The notes under the pieces were generated by a model, which was not told the origin of the DNA, ran no database searches, and was given only the letters and a program-made list of their open reading frames with translations. Source: Mobula hypostoma (taxonomy: Eukaryota). Taken from it: DNA of 64,000 nt. Location of the stretch: assembly GCF_963921235.1 (NCBI RefSeq), contig NC_086108.1, positions 24,428,001-24,492,000 of the forward strand. Reading direction: 5' to 3'. The translations under genes and the position numbers were made by a program. Shown in pieces: positions 24,187 to 36,961 of this stretch. The first letter of the stretch is position 1. Each line of letters begins with the position of its first letter.

Positions 24187-27100
24187 AGTCCATTTACTAT
24201 GTCTGCATTGAAAGTATTCTGAATTGCCTTGCCTAGCAAATCCGAATATACAAAACAGCTCCTTTCATTTTCGGTCCTTCTCTATAATAATTCCTCCAAA
24301 GGTGATAACCAGTTCTTGACCTATTGAGCATAGTCAAATGACGGATGATGGTGACCGTTCCTTTCAGCTTTATTTCCTTGTCTGACAACCCTCAGAATAC
24401 TGTCCTTTAACTTCCATCAGCCTGACAATGGAGAAACATCTCATTAAATATTTTTCAATCAGCAATTTTGCCTAATTGCAGTTAGAAAAGCCTTTGACAT
24501 GATTTGCAGAAGTGTGCTTACACTTTGATCTCCTCAAGGGATTTGAATGCAAACAGATGTGCCCACCTGTAACAGTGATGAAACAAAACACTCAAATGAA
24601 AAATGTCTACAATCAGATAATTAAACTCTGACACATTTGTTTTATCTAACTTGGAGAAAAAGTAATGTTTGAAATAACTGATCCATTGGCATCAAGATGA
24701 AAACTGATTCACATCAAACAGAGAAATTTTGTAGGTGACAAGGGCTTTGGAGGCTATTTGCCTTTGAGAATAATTTTTGGAATGTGTTTTCCTAGTGGAT
24801 CTCCAGTGACAGATGTCATTTGCAGTGAAGGCTGTTTCATTGAGCTCTGCAGTTTTGCTGTTGATCTCAGACAGGGCTGAGCTCCCTCAGGTGAGGTGTT
24901 TGCAGTTTACTGGCCTATAGGTAATTCAGTCAACACTCATTAAAGTCTGTGACGACAACAGTAAAGTTCTGTACTCCAGGAGCAGATGTGCAGTATTCAT
25001 AGCATTAGGTTTGTTTGCATTGAAATTGATACAAAATAAATGTCCTCAATAGCATATCAGATCACTGCAAGTATTTTAGATTTCAGTCATAACACAGGCG
25101 GCCTTCAGAGACAACGCTACCCTACAAGCGAGAGGAGCAAATATCAACTCAAAAACAGGTACCATTGTCCCTGGAGATAGCAAAACGTGTCTGCAAAGCA
25201 GATCGCACATTACTATTTATTTCAGTATGTAATTAATATGTAATCATCATTCAGTGAAGTTCTATAAAATCACTTTGCATCATTTTTGCTAGAGGAGTCA
25301 GCCATGTTGAATGATGGGATGGGCTTTAGAGATCTGGTGGTCTGCTCCTGCTGTTACTTTCTTGAGCTCTTATGTTGGCACTTGTCTGTTGCAAGTTCTG
25401 CATCAAGTATGCATGAGGTTTACATCATTCTGCATATCTTGTTCTTTTTGAACTGAGAGGGGATTGTCTATTTTTCTTGCAAGAAATTGTTGCTGGGAAC
25501 TCCAAGGGCAACTTTCACGGTACAGAGTCCCTCTGATTCCATCACTCTTATAATGACCCTACAGCTTTTGGATACTCCCATACCTTGGCTCTGAATCCAA
25601 GTGCCACATTTCCCTCCCCATAAAGTTCAACCACCAAGTCTAAGGACTGCTTAAGTTTGCAGTTATTCCCCGAACTGTTACTGGTGTTGTGCTCTCCAAC
25701 CAACTTGCACACCCATTGGGGCACTCCAGCATTCTTAGGCAGTTTCACCCATCCACCATTTTATTCCGGTGAAATCAACTTCACTTTGTCTCTTCAGCTA
25801 CCAATGCAGTTTTGAGCTTGCTAGAGTGATGAAATTATGCCGCAAGAAGGGAAAAGTTGTGAATTGACTGAGGTTTCACACAAAATATTTTTTTGAGACT
25901 ATAGGATGTAGCCAGCTCTATCAGTAATCACTTATACAAGGAGAAAGGTGGCCTGTATGTATGCATGAAAAGCCTTTTTCGCACTGCAGCATTTTATTAT
26001 TTTGATTAGTGTTATTGCTCCTGTCTTATACTGTTTTGTCTTCTATTTCATGATCTGATTTTGTACAATGTTGAAATGTTCCTCTGCTGTGCTACATTTT
26101 TTGTACTTGTATAGGATCACATGATAGCATTTTGTGCTACAAGACAGATAATGCCATATTTATGTAGACATCAGAAATTAAGCAGCAACAGTTCCTCAGT
26201 CACCTCTTTGGAATTGCAGGTAATGATCACAAAGACGAATGCTGCTTCTTTTGCAACCTAACCACAGATTTTATTTCCATTTACCCCTTCTGCCAAATTT
26301 TGTGCTGTGATGCATGTTTGCAAAACCTTGGATAGCCTTTCCACCAAAAGACGAATGTGTTTCTTCAAGAAGGTGAACACAAAAGGGCACAGAAAATTGT
26401 TCAGTTGCAATATCTGCACACCCACAAGAAGCAACAGAATAAAGCTTTCACTGTCCATTTTTTATGGATTTTTTTTTCTAAAGTCCAGAGTCAATGTATG
26501 AACTGGTAGATATTAGAAGCAAAATATTATTCCTATTAGAGGTCTTCAGGAGCATAGAATGTGCTTGTATGAAACTCGTGGAGTGCCACTTATCATTTGT
26601 TAAGTCCCAATCCTCATTAATATCTGGTTCCCTCTCTGATGAAAACCTACCCTCAATCATGTCACTATGCTGGATTATCACCACTCCCTAGCTGACTCCA
26701 TCAATATGCAGATGGGGTCTAAGATTGCCTTGACTTGCCCTTGTGGAAAAATAACAATCAAGGCCTGGCTCAGACTAATCCAGGCCAGCAGATGAAAGAA
26801 ATTGTGCCTAGCAAATGATACCAGGCTGAACAGTGCTTCATTGTCAGCAGAGGCTCTGCAGAAAATTGCCTTCACTCACTCTTCACTCCTTCAATGAGTA
26901 TTTAACTTCCATGTCTGCACACTACAACCCATTTTACCTACAGCCTCTCAGCATTGCAGCAGCTATCCACTGGAATGGTGTTAATGAGCCTCATTTAAAA
27001 TGTCAAAGATAATATTTTTATCTTATATTTCATTATTTCACAACATGCTTTCAATTAACAATTTGTATTAGTTCATTATTTGTAATTACTTCACAAATAT

Positions 27101-27531
27101 GTTTTCATATTGTTTAAAATCATTGCAAATGTCCTCAACCACCTTGGAAAACCATACATTTAAAAGAGTGGAGGTACCTCAGACAGCAGTCAGCCATCGA
27201 TAGCCGTCAAGGCAGTCCATGGATGTGACATCAGGTTCCACCACCTGAGATCTGGCTGCCCTACTTTGTGGAGGAGCTAAATAGTGAAAGCCTCTACAAT
27301 GCCAGTAAGCAACAGCAGCTGTAGGATTAATGGGGCAAGAGGCGAGGGATGTGTGGGTATGATTTTGCCCATTGTGACTGCAGCAGTCACACTCTGAGAC
27401 AGGATTGTGAAGTCAAGGTGACACAGGACAGGGAGAAGTTCACTGTGAATCACCACTGAAGGATAAAGGAAAACATTATGCAATGTTTAAGTTATACAGA
27501 AACATGAATGACTTTGCCTCCTTTTGATATG

Positions 27532-27980
27532 ACCATAAGACGATAGGACATAGGAGCAGAATTAGGCCATTTGGCCTATCAACTCTGCTCCACCATTTCA
27601 TCACGGCTGATCCATTTTTCCTCACTGCCCCAATCTCCTGCCTTTTCCCCAAATTCCTTCATGCCCTCACCAATCAAGAATATATCAAACTCTGCCTTAA
27701 AAATACATTCAGACTTGGCTGCAACAACTGCCTGTGGCAACGAATTCCACAGATTCACCACTCTCTGGTGAAAGAAATTCCTCATCTGAGTTCTAAAAAG
27801 ACACCCCTCTATTCTGAGGCTGCATCCTCTGGTCTTAGACTCTCCCACCTAGGACACATCCTCGCCACATCCACTCTATCAAGGCCTTTCACCATTCAGT
27901 AGTTTTCAATGTGGTCACCCATCATTCTTCTGAATTTCAGTGAATACACGTCAGGAGTCAAACTCTCTTCATGTGGCAAG
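27532..27980 (-). mobile_element. CR1 LINE 3' fragment
   Basis: GESKTRGCSLRIEGCLFRTQMRNFFHQRVVNLWNSLPQ, with a (cataaga)-type tail. Confidence 0.9.
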
Positions 27981-28582
27981 AAACTGTAACATCTCAGAGA
28001 GCAGCTCTGAACATTCACTTGGTCAGCACTGCATAGTGAGACACAAGCAAAGACAGCAAGGGAGAAAAACATCAAACGATGAATGCAAGAGATAGTGAAG
28101 GTTGAGCTCCATGTCTCTACCACTCAACTGTGCAGCAGGAAGGGTAGATTTGGCACAAGCTTCCTGTGCAGCTCCTGCTTACACAACATTTCTCCAGGCC
28201 TCAATTCTGGCAGTCATCATTCTCTCTTGGAAAACGGTCCTATATTCCTTGCAAAGGCGAATCTGTTGAAATATTCTGGCATTTTTTGACACTTGCAGCA
28301 ACGTTTCTTCGTGTCTTATCACTTTATCTGTCATTCCTATTGCAATGCCCTAATATTCCAATCATTGGTTGCAATACAGTCAAAACTCACTATCACTTGG
28401 AAGTTCACAGACTTTCCCCAAGTTTATGGATTTGGATTGTGTTTCACATGTTCTTTTTGAAAGGTCAAACAGTTTAAAGGACCACAGTTACCTCCTCCTG
28501 CACAGTAATACTTCTACATTCATTACCATATGGGATCATTCTTGACTATCAGTTCACTCTAAAAAAGAACCTGATTAGCTGT

Positions 28583-28785
28583 GAGCAACACACACAAAAT
28601 GTTGGAGGAACTTAGCAGGTCAGGCAGTACCCAAGGAGGGAAATAAGCAGTTGATGTTTTGGTTCGAGAGTCTTCATCACTTCTTATTGATTTCCCTCCA
28701 TAGATGCTACCTGTACGGCTGAGCTCCTCCAGCATTTTGCATGTGTTGTTCCAGATTTCCAGCGTCTGCAGTCTCTCTTGTGTCT
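28583..28785. mobile_element. Fold-back Penelope mini-insertion with perfect 11-bp TSD
   Basis: Inverted pLTR arms, with tgattagctgt at 28572-28582 and 28786-28796. Confidence 0.85.
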
Positions 28786-29269
28786 TGATTAGCTGTAACA
28801 AGCTCTAGGAGGTCCTGCAGCAGTGAAAGCTGCAATTAAAACCAATATCTTGTTTTTCCCCTCTGACTCAACTTCTCCAAAAGGGGCTTAAGCAATACAA
28901 GAAATTCATCAGCACCAACAGCGATGTGTTCTCAGTACAGTTGACCGACTTCTACACTAGTTAAAAGTTAAGTAACACCTAAAGCCTAAACTAAGAGAAT
29001 GTTGGGCGAGAGTTGAAATCTTGGGAGGTGGGTTTTTAGTATAATAGGCAAAAGGATGATCCAAGTAAAAGTAAACAAGGATGCTCATAAATTCAAGTGA
29101 ACCCGAGCTTGCTTCACAAGGCTGTTGTCTATTACAGAGGGTCCACCGTTAGTGGTGCTGCTTTAGAGGAATGACTGCAATAGCCCTGTCCCAGGCTGCT
29201 TCAGAACCACACAAATTTCATGGTCTTCAAGATGGGTGGGAGGGATAGGAGACAGGGAGGTGCGCATGT

Positions 29270-29980
29270 TCCAGTCTGTATCAATGGTGTTGCAGTTAAC
29301 AGATTGAGAGTTCCAAGTTCCTAGGAGTGAATATCATCAGTAGTCTGTCCTGGTCCTACCACATAGATGTCATAGCCATGAAGGCTTACCAATGCCTCTA
29401 CTACCTTAGGTGGCTAAAGAAATTTGGCCTGAACCCATTGACACCTACCAAGTTTTATTGATGCACCAGAGAAAGCATCCCATTAGGATGCATTTCATCT
29501 TGGTATGGCAAATGCTCTCCACATGACCACAAGAAACTACAGAGTTGTGGACACAGCTCAGCACAACACAGAAACCATCCATAGACTCTGTCTATACTTT
29601 TCACTGCCTCCGTAAAGCAGCCAGCATAATCAAAGACCCTACCTGCCAAGGACATGCTCTCATCTCTACCTTTCCATCAGGAAGAAGATGACTGAAAGCA
29701 AAAACCACCAGGTTTCAAGGACACCTACCCCACCATGATAAGGACCTTCAACAGTTCCCTAGTGTGATGAGATGGACTCTAGACCTCACAATTAATGTTG
29801 TTTATGATTTTGCACCTTATTGTTAACTTGCTCATTGGCTGTTACACTTTATTCTGCATTATTATTGATTTAACCTGTTCTATCTCAACGAATTGTGTAA
29901 TGATTTGATCTGCATGAACAGTATGCAAGAAAAACTTTTTACTGTATCTTTGTACATGTGAAAATAATAAATCAATTCCA
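29270..29980 (+). mobile_element. Rex1/Babar-type LINE 3' fragment
   Basis: Homologous to KFLGV.I...LSWS.H and to the 56245-57157 copy. The 3' UTR ends aataataaatcaattcc. Confidence 0.75.
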
Positions 29981-30992
29981 ACTATTTTATATTTCTCATA
30001 TATCCTTCTGACAAAGAATGTTATTTGGCCACAGGCTATTCTAGTTCCCTAGTCCAGATACTGACTGGCCTGTGTATATAGGTATCTAGGTGGGAAACAA
30101 GCACAATTTGTGGATTGATATAAAATTGCCCAGAGCATTGTAATTTATTTCTCACGAGATACTTCTCATAACACATTGTGCTGAAACAAACATTTTGTGA
30201 CTCGTTTTCTAGATCAGTTTTGTTAGTTGCACCCACAATCTGTTTCCTAGATTTCTCATATTGTAGCCATAGAAGAGTACAGTACAGAAACAGGTCCATC
30301 ATCCCATCTAATCCGTGCCAAACCATTTAAATTGCCCACTCCCATTGACTTGCACCAGGACCACAGAACTCCATAACCCTACTATAAACATACATGAGAT
30401 CAAGAAATTAACCTTTTATTCCCAAAGAGCTCTGGAAACTAACTGGTACATCTTTGCAATGTAGGAGGAAACCGGAGAGTCTGGAGAAAACCCCCTAATT
30501 CACGGGGAGCTTTTACGACCTCCTTGTGAATGCATGGGAATTCTCCAGGTGCTCTGGTTTCCTCACACATTCCAAGAATGTACCCGTTGCTAGGTTAATT
30601 GTCCTGTGACAAGGCTACAATTAAACACGTGGGTTGCTGAGCAGTCCTGCTCATTGGGATAGGAGGGCCTGTTCCGTACTATATCGCTAAATAAAATGAA
30701 ACAAAATAATCCTGGTAGGTTGGAAATGTATGGCCAGTTATAATACATATTGGGAAGATCACTGGTAGGAGGTCATAGAATATTGTGGATTTATTAAGTA
30801 GAATATGTTAAGCTTTCATTTTCCTTCAATGTTCATTGCATAAAGTCCCTTAAAGTTCACTCTCATGAGCACATCCATCCCCTCACTCTAAGTGGTACCG
30901 TAGACCAAAGCTGGTATCATTTTACTGTGATTTGCACCCTGTTGCACAGTACTGCAGCAAGGTGATCATGAGAGGAATTTAGTAATTACATA

Positions 30993-31058
30993 CTGTACTG
31001 TGCAAAAGTGTTAAGCACTTATGTACAACTAGCAGCCAAAGACTTTTGCACAGCACTG
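30993..31058. mobile_element. Tiny Tc1-type MITE (TIRs only)
   Basis: ctgtactgtgcaaaagtg...gacttttgcacagcactg, the same TIR as 36962-37445. Confidence 0.65.
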
Positions 31059-31971
31059 CAGCAAGGTCATGTGGAATCATGGGGTTATTTACTAATTGCA
31101 CACACTACAAATCAGTTGTCCATGCACCAACATGAGATGCAATATTTGATTTTCTTAGCTGTACATAAATCAACAAAATTGGAGTAGATCATAATTAGTT
31201 TTACATAGGATGACCGCAGTTGGCAGTCACAGAGTGGTTCAATTAATCTGCCTTAAAGCACTTAGATCTAAGATCCAGAGGAGAAAACCTGGTTTACCAA
31301 CTTCACTACTGCATGCAAGAAAACAATAACCGCTCATTCACTCACACTGCGGCTACTGGACAGTGGTTGAATGGTAATGCTTTTGCCCCTTGATGATTTC
31401 ACTTTCTCCCTCTGGGTGGACCGCAATCGTACCCACTGATTTATTGATTTAATGAAAGCTAGGATTGAATAAGTTAGCTTTGTAACCACATTTTTGACTT
31501 CAACACAAGTATACCCCTTGACTAATAACTTGTAGTCTCAGACCATTGATTTGTTTAACGTTGTTAGCACTGAGTGCACAAACTGCTGTGCAAATTGGTC
31601 TTCCTGAGAGGGAAATAGTTCACCAAAATTCCATACAGGTTCCCTGCAGAATTAAAATTTCAATTTAATATTGTCTGTAAAGTGCACTTGATGCTAATAC
31701 TTCTGCAGTGTGCATGCAGAAATATTACCATCAAGTGTTTCTCTCTCCAGAGATGTTGCGAGATTTGCCGAGCATTTTCAATATCTACTATCTTCTGATT
31801 CTGAATGTTCAGCAGTTTCCTTGCATTGATAAACTCACGTTTTTCAGAGGTGTCAATACTTAAGTTTGTGGAGAGTAAGGAATCAAAACAATACAATGAA
31901 AAATAACTGGTGGACAGTGACAGTAAATTGAACAACATGCAGGAGAAAGCATAAGCCACGTTGGTCTAAAC

Positions 31972-32043
31972 CAGGGGTTCCCAACCCTTTTTATGTCTTG
32001 GGCCACTCCCATTAACCAAGGGATCCGTGGACCCCAGGGAACA
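31972..32043. mobile_element. Small hAT-type MITE, right end damaged
   Basis: Begins caggggttcccaacc (hAT/Charlie-like terminus) and ends ...ggaccccagggaaca. Confidence 0.5.
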
Positions 32044-33058
32044 GCGATGAAGCTTAAACAAATAAAGCATATTGATACTTAATGACTTTACTTCACCAGT
32101 AGAGGTCCATGTACCAACACAGGAGAAAAAGTGAATGGGTTCTGGTATTTTTTAAGCTGCTTTTCCTAATATTCCTGCATTTGAAAGTTCTGGGGAATTT
32201 GCATTTATACTGAATTTCTGTAATGAATACTTAATCCAGAAGATCCCATCTGCACTATTTTACTCTTGAAGTGTGGGACTACCTGACTTTGTGATTTCAA
32301 ATGTAAAAGAGTTTTTTAATCTCATTCGTTGCTTCCAATTCAGAACAATATAGTTAGAATTATTCAACCCTTTTCTTGTAGCGAAGAGCCAGGAGACTCT
32401 GAAGCAACCCTCTACCCACCAATTATCTTGCATCATTATCACCAGACAAAATGGCTCCTTGACAGCTAAAATAGAAGTTAATGCAGTTATGTCTCCAGAG
32501 TAACTTGCAGATATCCCCCTGTACATCTCATAGATCCCATGCCAAGTCAACAGCAACTACCAAGCCCATGGAGCATGCTGTTAGTGTCACTTTATTTTGT
32601 GAATGTAATTTCACAAAACATAATGCTGGAACACGAAGTATACAGGTTTTAACTTTCCACAGTTGTAAAAATTCTATTGCTCCACAGTAAGTGACAGAAG
32701 TAATGCCTTTTTGTTCTAGAAATGTATTTTGTATAAATTTAATTTTTCAGGAAAAGTGCCAGTGCTGTACAATGCAGATTTTACACACTAGGTGCATGCA
32801 GGCTGCATCCAAAGGAGAATATATAATCCTCAACCTCCATCATGAATGGTATGAATGCAAGCTTTTAAACAGTTTAGTTACGGTGGAGAAACAACCTCAA
32901 CTAAGGTCAAGAATTAAAAACACTTAATTTTTCCTTCTCGCTGTCTGGTGCCACATTATTGTTTCTTTCCTGCTCAACTCAACTGCTGATGCCAAGTACA
33001 AACTGCGGGAATCACAAACTTTTGACTAGTTTCAACACAGCACAAGCACGTTATATAG

Positions 33059-33753
33059 TGTAAGGGGGTTTCCATTTTTATGTTACTGCGGAGGCTAATT
33101 AAAATGGTGTCTTTGTTATGTTAATCTGGGGAATGCGGCTTTGTTGTGTTAAACACTGAGAAAGTTTGCGCTAACAGTTTGTTTTTGCTTTAGAGTCTGA
33201 CAAGAGGGTGCTATTAATCAATTGGGATAGATGTTATGGTTTTGGTGTATTTGAAGATACTGTATGCGCGGGGTTTTGGGGCAGAAGGCAAGGAGAGCGA
33301 GACAGAGGATGGACGAGATGCTGTGAGTCCGCTAACGGGGTTGGACCTCGAGTGGGACGTTCGGCGAGGAGACGGAGACGGACTCGTGTGGAGCGTCTGG
33401 TCGACCACCGTTGTTGGTCCCAGGCGGCCGGTCGAGGTGGTCCGAGGGGGTCGCAGGATGAAGAAGAAGGTCCTTGAGCTCCAACGGTTTTGTGCATGAA
33501 GAGATTGAACTTTGATAAGTGTGGTGCCTTTTATTTTCCTTTTATATTTTATTCTCTTTTAATTATATAGATCCAGTAATATCTATAAACTGTAAATCAT
33601 TTAGTTTCATCTGGTGTATTGTCTGTTATTTGGGCGGGGTGGGGTACCTCACACAGCATCCACACAAACGAATTATCCAGTTTGGTGGGGCCGAGGCTGT
33701 TTCCCTAGACGACAGCGAGCCGAGCGACCCTGAGGGTGGCCGGGGGGGCTACA
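33059..33753 (+). mobile_element. Solo LTR (~695 bp), Gypsy-like, young
   Basis: Termini TGTAAGGGGG...GGGGGGCTACA (TG...CA). The interior is CpG-rich against AT-rich flanks. No PBS or internal genes. TSD not clean (atag vs gaag). Confidence 0.7.
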
Positions 33754-33934
33754 GAAGCATGAATGTTTTGATGCCCATGTGCCATTAGCATTGGGCAACG
33801 TAACGAGCTGCAATGTATGATACAAACAATAAAAGTTACTTATGTAAAGCTTTTTGAGATTCTTCTGATAGCCATGGTGTACCAAAAGTAAAAATTCTTC
33901 CTAAATATCCACATAAGATGAGATTGAAGCCTCC

Positions 33935-34260
33935 TAACACATGCAAAATGCTGGAGGAAATCAACAGGTCAGGCAGCATCTATGGAGGAGAATAAACAGC
34001 ATTTCATGTTGACACCCTTCACCCTTCATCAGGACTGGGAAGGGGGAAGAAGCCAGAATAAGTGGAGAAGGGAGAAAGTGTTAGGATGGTTGGTGGGGAG
34101 GTGGGGGGGGGGAATGAAATGAGAAGCTGTGGAAAAGGTAAAGGAAGAATTTGATAGGATACGAGAGTGGAACATGTGAGACCAGGAAGGAGAAGGGGCA
34201 TTGAAAAGGAGAAGGGGAAGGAGGAGGTTATAGGCAGGTGTGGAGAGGAGAGCAATCTAT
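33935..34260 (-). mobile_element. Older Penelope pLTR fragment
   Basis: aacacatgcaaaatgctggaggaaatcaacaggtcaggcagcatctatgg...cccttcatcaggactgg, followed by a purine-rich tract. Confidence 0.75.
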
Positions 34261-34514
34261 ATAGGAAGTTCAGGAAACATTAGAGTTGTGGGTCAGGGCA
34301 GGAAGGATGTGGAGGAAGGAATACCCTGTTTGTTGAAGGCGGAGGGCATCCCTGATGTTCTGGAAAGCCTCATACATATGTTCAGCTATTTGAAACTAGC
34401 CAGCTCTATTCAGTCAGAAACAACAGGAATTCTGCAGATGCTGGAAATTCAAGCAACATACATCAAAGTTGCTGGTGAACGCAGCAGGCCAAGCAGCATC
34501 TATAGGAAGAGGTG

Positions 34515-34556
34515 CAGTCGACGTTTCAGGCCGAGACCCTTCGTCAGGAGTAACTG
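34515..34556 (-). ncRNA. Minimal type I hammerhead ribozyme in the PLE pLTR
   Basis: Minus strand cagttactc-CTGACGA-AGG gtctcgg CCT-GAAA-C-GTC-gactg. It has both core boxes, stem II, a loopless palindromic stem III (ACGT) and a GUC cleavage triplet. Confidence 0.8.
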
Positions 34557-34849
34557 AAGGAAGAGTGAGTAAGGGATTTGAAAGTTGGAGGGGGAGGGGG
34601 AGATGCAAAATGATAGGAGAAGACAGGAGGGGGAGGGATAGAGCCGAGAGCTGGACAGGTGATAGGCAAAAGGGGATACGAGAGGATCATGGGACAGGAG
34701 GTCCGGGAAGAAAGACGGGGGGGGGGGGGGTGACCCAGAGTATGGGCAAGAGGTATATTCAGAGGGACAGAGGGAGAAAAAGGAGAGTGAGAGAAAGAAT
34801 GTGTGCATAAAAATGAGTAACAGATGGGGTACGAGGGGGAGGTGGGGCC

Positions 34850-36900
34850 TTAGCGGAAGTTAGAGAAGTCAATGTTCATGCCATCAGGTTGGAGGCTACC
34901 CAGACGGAATATAAGGTGTTGTTCCTCCAACCTGAGTGTGGCTTCATCTTTACAGTAGAGGAGGCCGTGGATAGACATGTCAGAATGGGAATGGGACGTG
35001 GAATTAAAATGTGTGGCCACTGGGAGATCCTGCTTTCTCTGGCGGACAGAGCGTAGATGTTCAGCAAAGCAGTCTCCCAGTCTGCGTCTGGTCTCACCAA
35101 TATATAAAAGGCCACATCGGGAGCACCGGATGCAGTATATCACCCCAGTCGACTCACAGGTGAAGTGATGCCTCACCTGGAAGGACTGTTTGGGGCCCTG
35201 AATAGTGGTAAGGGAGGAAGTGTAAGGGCATGTGTAGCACTTGTTCCGCTTACACGGATAAGTGCCAGGAGGGAGATCAGTGGGGAGGGATGGGGGGGGA
35301 ACGAATGGACAAGGGAGTTGTGTAGGGAGCGATCCCTGCGGAATGCAGAGAGAGGGGGGGAGGGAAAGATGTGCTTAGTGGTGGGATCCCGTTGGAGGTG
35401 GCGGAAGTTACGGAGAATAATATGTTGGACCTGGAGGCTGGTGGGGTGGTAGGTGAGGACCAGGGGAACCCTATTCCTAGTGGGGTGGTGGGAGGATGGA
35501 GTGAGAGCAGATGTACGTGAAATGGGGGAGATGCGTTTAAGAGCAGAGTTGATAGTGGAGGAAGGGAAGCCCCTTTCTTTAAAAAATGAAGACATCTCCC
35601 TCGTCCTAGAATGAAAAGCCTCATCCTGAGAGCAGATGCGGCGGAGACGGAGGAATTGCGAGAAGGGGATGGCGTTTTTGCAAGAGACAGGGTGAGAAGA
35701 GGAATAGTCCAGATAGCTGTGAGAGTCAGTAGGCTTATAGTAGACATCAGTGGATAAGCTGTCTCCAGAGACAGAGACAGAAAGATCTAGAAAGGGGAGG
35801 GAGGTGTCGGAAATGGACCAGGTAAACTTGAGGGCAGTGTGAAAGTTGGAGGCAAAGTTAATAAAGTCAACGAGTTCTGCATGCGTGCAGAAAGCAGCGC
35901 CAATGCAGTCGTCGATGTAGCGAAGGAAAAGTGGGGGACAGATACCAGAATAGGCACGGAACATAGATTGTTCCACAAACCCAACAAAAAGGCAGGCATA
36001 GCTAGGACCCATATGGGTGCCCATAGCTACACCTTTAGTTTGGAGGAAATGGGAGGAGCAAAAGGAGAAATTATTAAGAGTAAGGACTAATTCCGCTAGA
36101 TGGATCAGAGTGGTGGTAGAGAGGAACTGATTAGGTCTGGAATCCAAAAAGAAGCGTTGAGCTTTGAGACCTTCCTGATGGGGGATGGAAGTATATAAGG
36201 ACTGGACATCCATGGTGAAAATAAAGCGGTGGGGGCCAGGGAACTTAAAATCATCGAAAAGTTTAAGAGCGTGAGAAGTGTCACGAACATAGGTCGGAAG
36301 GGATGAACAAGGGGTGATAAAACAGTGTCGAGGTATGCAGAAATGAGTTTGGTGGGGCAGGAGCAAGCTGAGACAATAGGTCGGCCAGGACAGGCAGGTT
36401 TGTGGATCTTGGGTAGGAGGTAGAAACGGGAAGTGCGAGGTGTGGGAACTATAAGGTTGGTAGCAGTGGATGGGAGATCCCCTGAGTGGATAAAGTCGGT
36501 GATGGTGTGGGAGACAATGGCCTGGTGCTCCTTAGTGGGGTCACGATCGAGGGGTAAATAAGAGGAGGTATCCGCGAGTTGTCGCTGCGCCTTGGCAAGG
36601 TAGAGGTCAGTACGCCAGACTACAACAGCACTCCCCTTATCGGCGGGTTTAATAATAAGGTTAGGATTAGTGCGGAGGGAGTGGAGAGCAGAGTGTTCCG
36701 AAGGAGTGAGGTTGGAATGGGGACAAGGTGCGGTGAAGTCGAGACGGTTGATGTCCCGTCGGCAGTTAGCAATAAAGAGATCCAGAGCAGGCAGAAGACC
36801 AGAGCGGGGTGTCCATGAAGAAGAGCAGGGTTGAAGACGGGAGAAGGGGTCATCGGTGGGGGTGGAAGCGTCCTTGCCGAAGAAGTAGGCTCGGAGACGG
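34850..36900 (-). pseudogene. PLE reverse transcriptase - Cys linker - GIY-YIG endonuclease (two frameshifts, near 36303 and 35295)
   Basis: IIKPADKG, FYLLPKIHK..GRPIVS, MDVQSLYTSIP, GVAMGTHMGPSYA, RYIDD, linker CKRNKCYTC, and VIYCIRCSRCGLLYIGETRRRL...EHLRSV...HF...GMN. Confidence 0.93.
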
Positions 36901-36961
36901 AGATTCAGTCAGTCTGCCTTACTCAGTTCAATAATACTTTCTCCACTTGCATTCCCACCTA

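Larger units (their letters stand above)
34418..36902 (-). mobile_element. Penelope-like retroelement (Neptune-type), 5'-truncated, young, 10-bp TSD
   Basis: RT + GIY-YIG coding region followed by a pLTR. TSD attcagtcag at 34408-34417 and 36903-36912. Confidence 0.95.

Noticed and set aside
26258..26875. Cluster of short ORFs as additional astn1 exons
   Set aside because: No frame resembles the expected ASTN1 sequence.
33208..33499. Overlapping GC-rich ORFs or a CpG-island gene start
   Set aside because: They fall inside the LTR-like unit, show no protein similarity, and are open only because of high GC.
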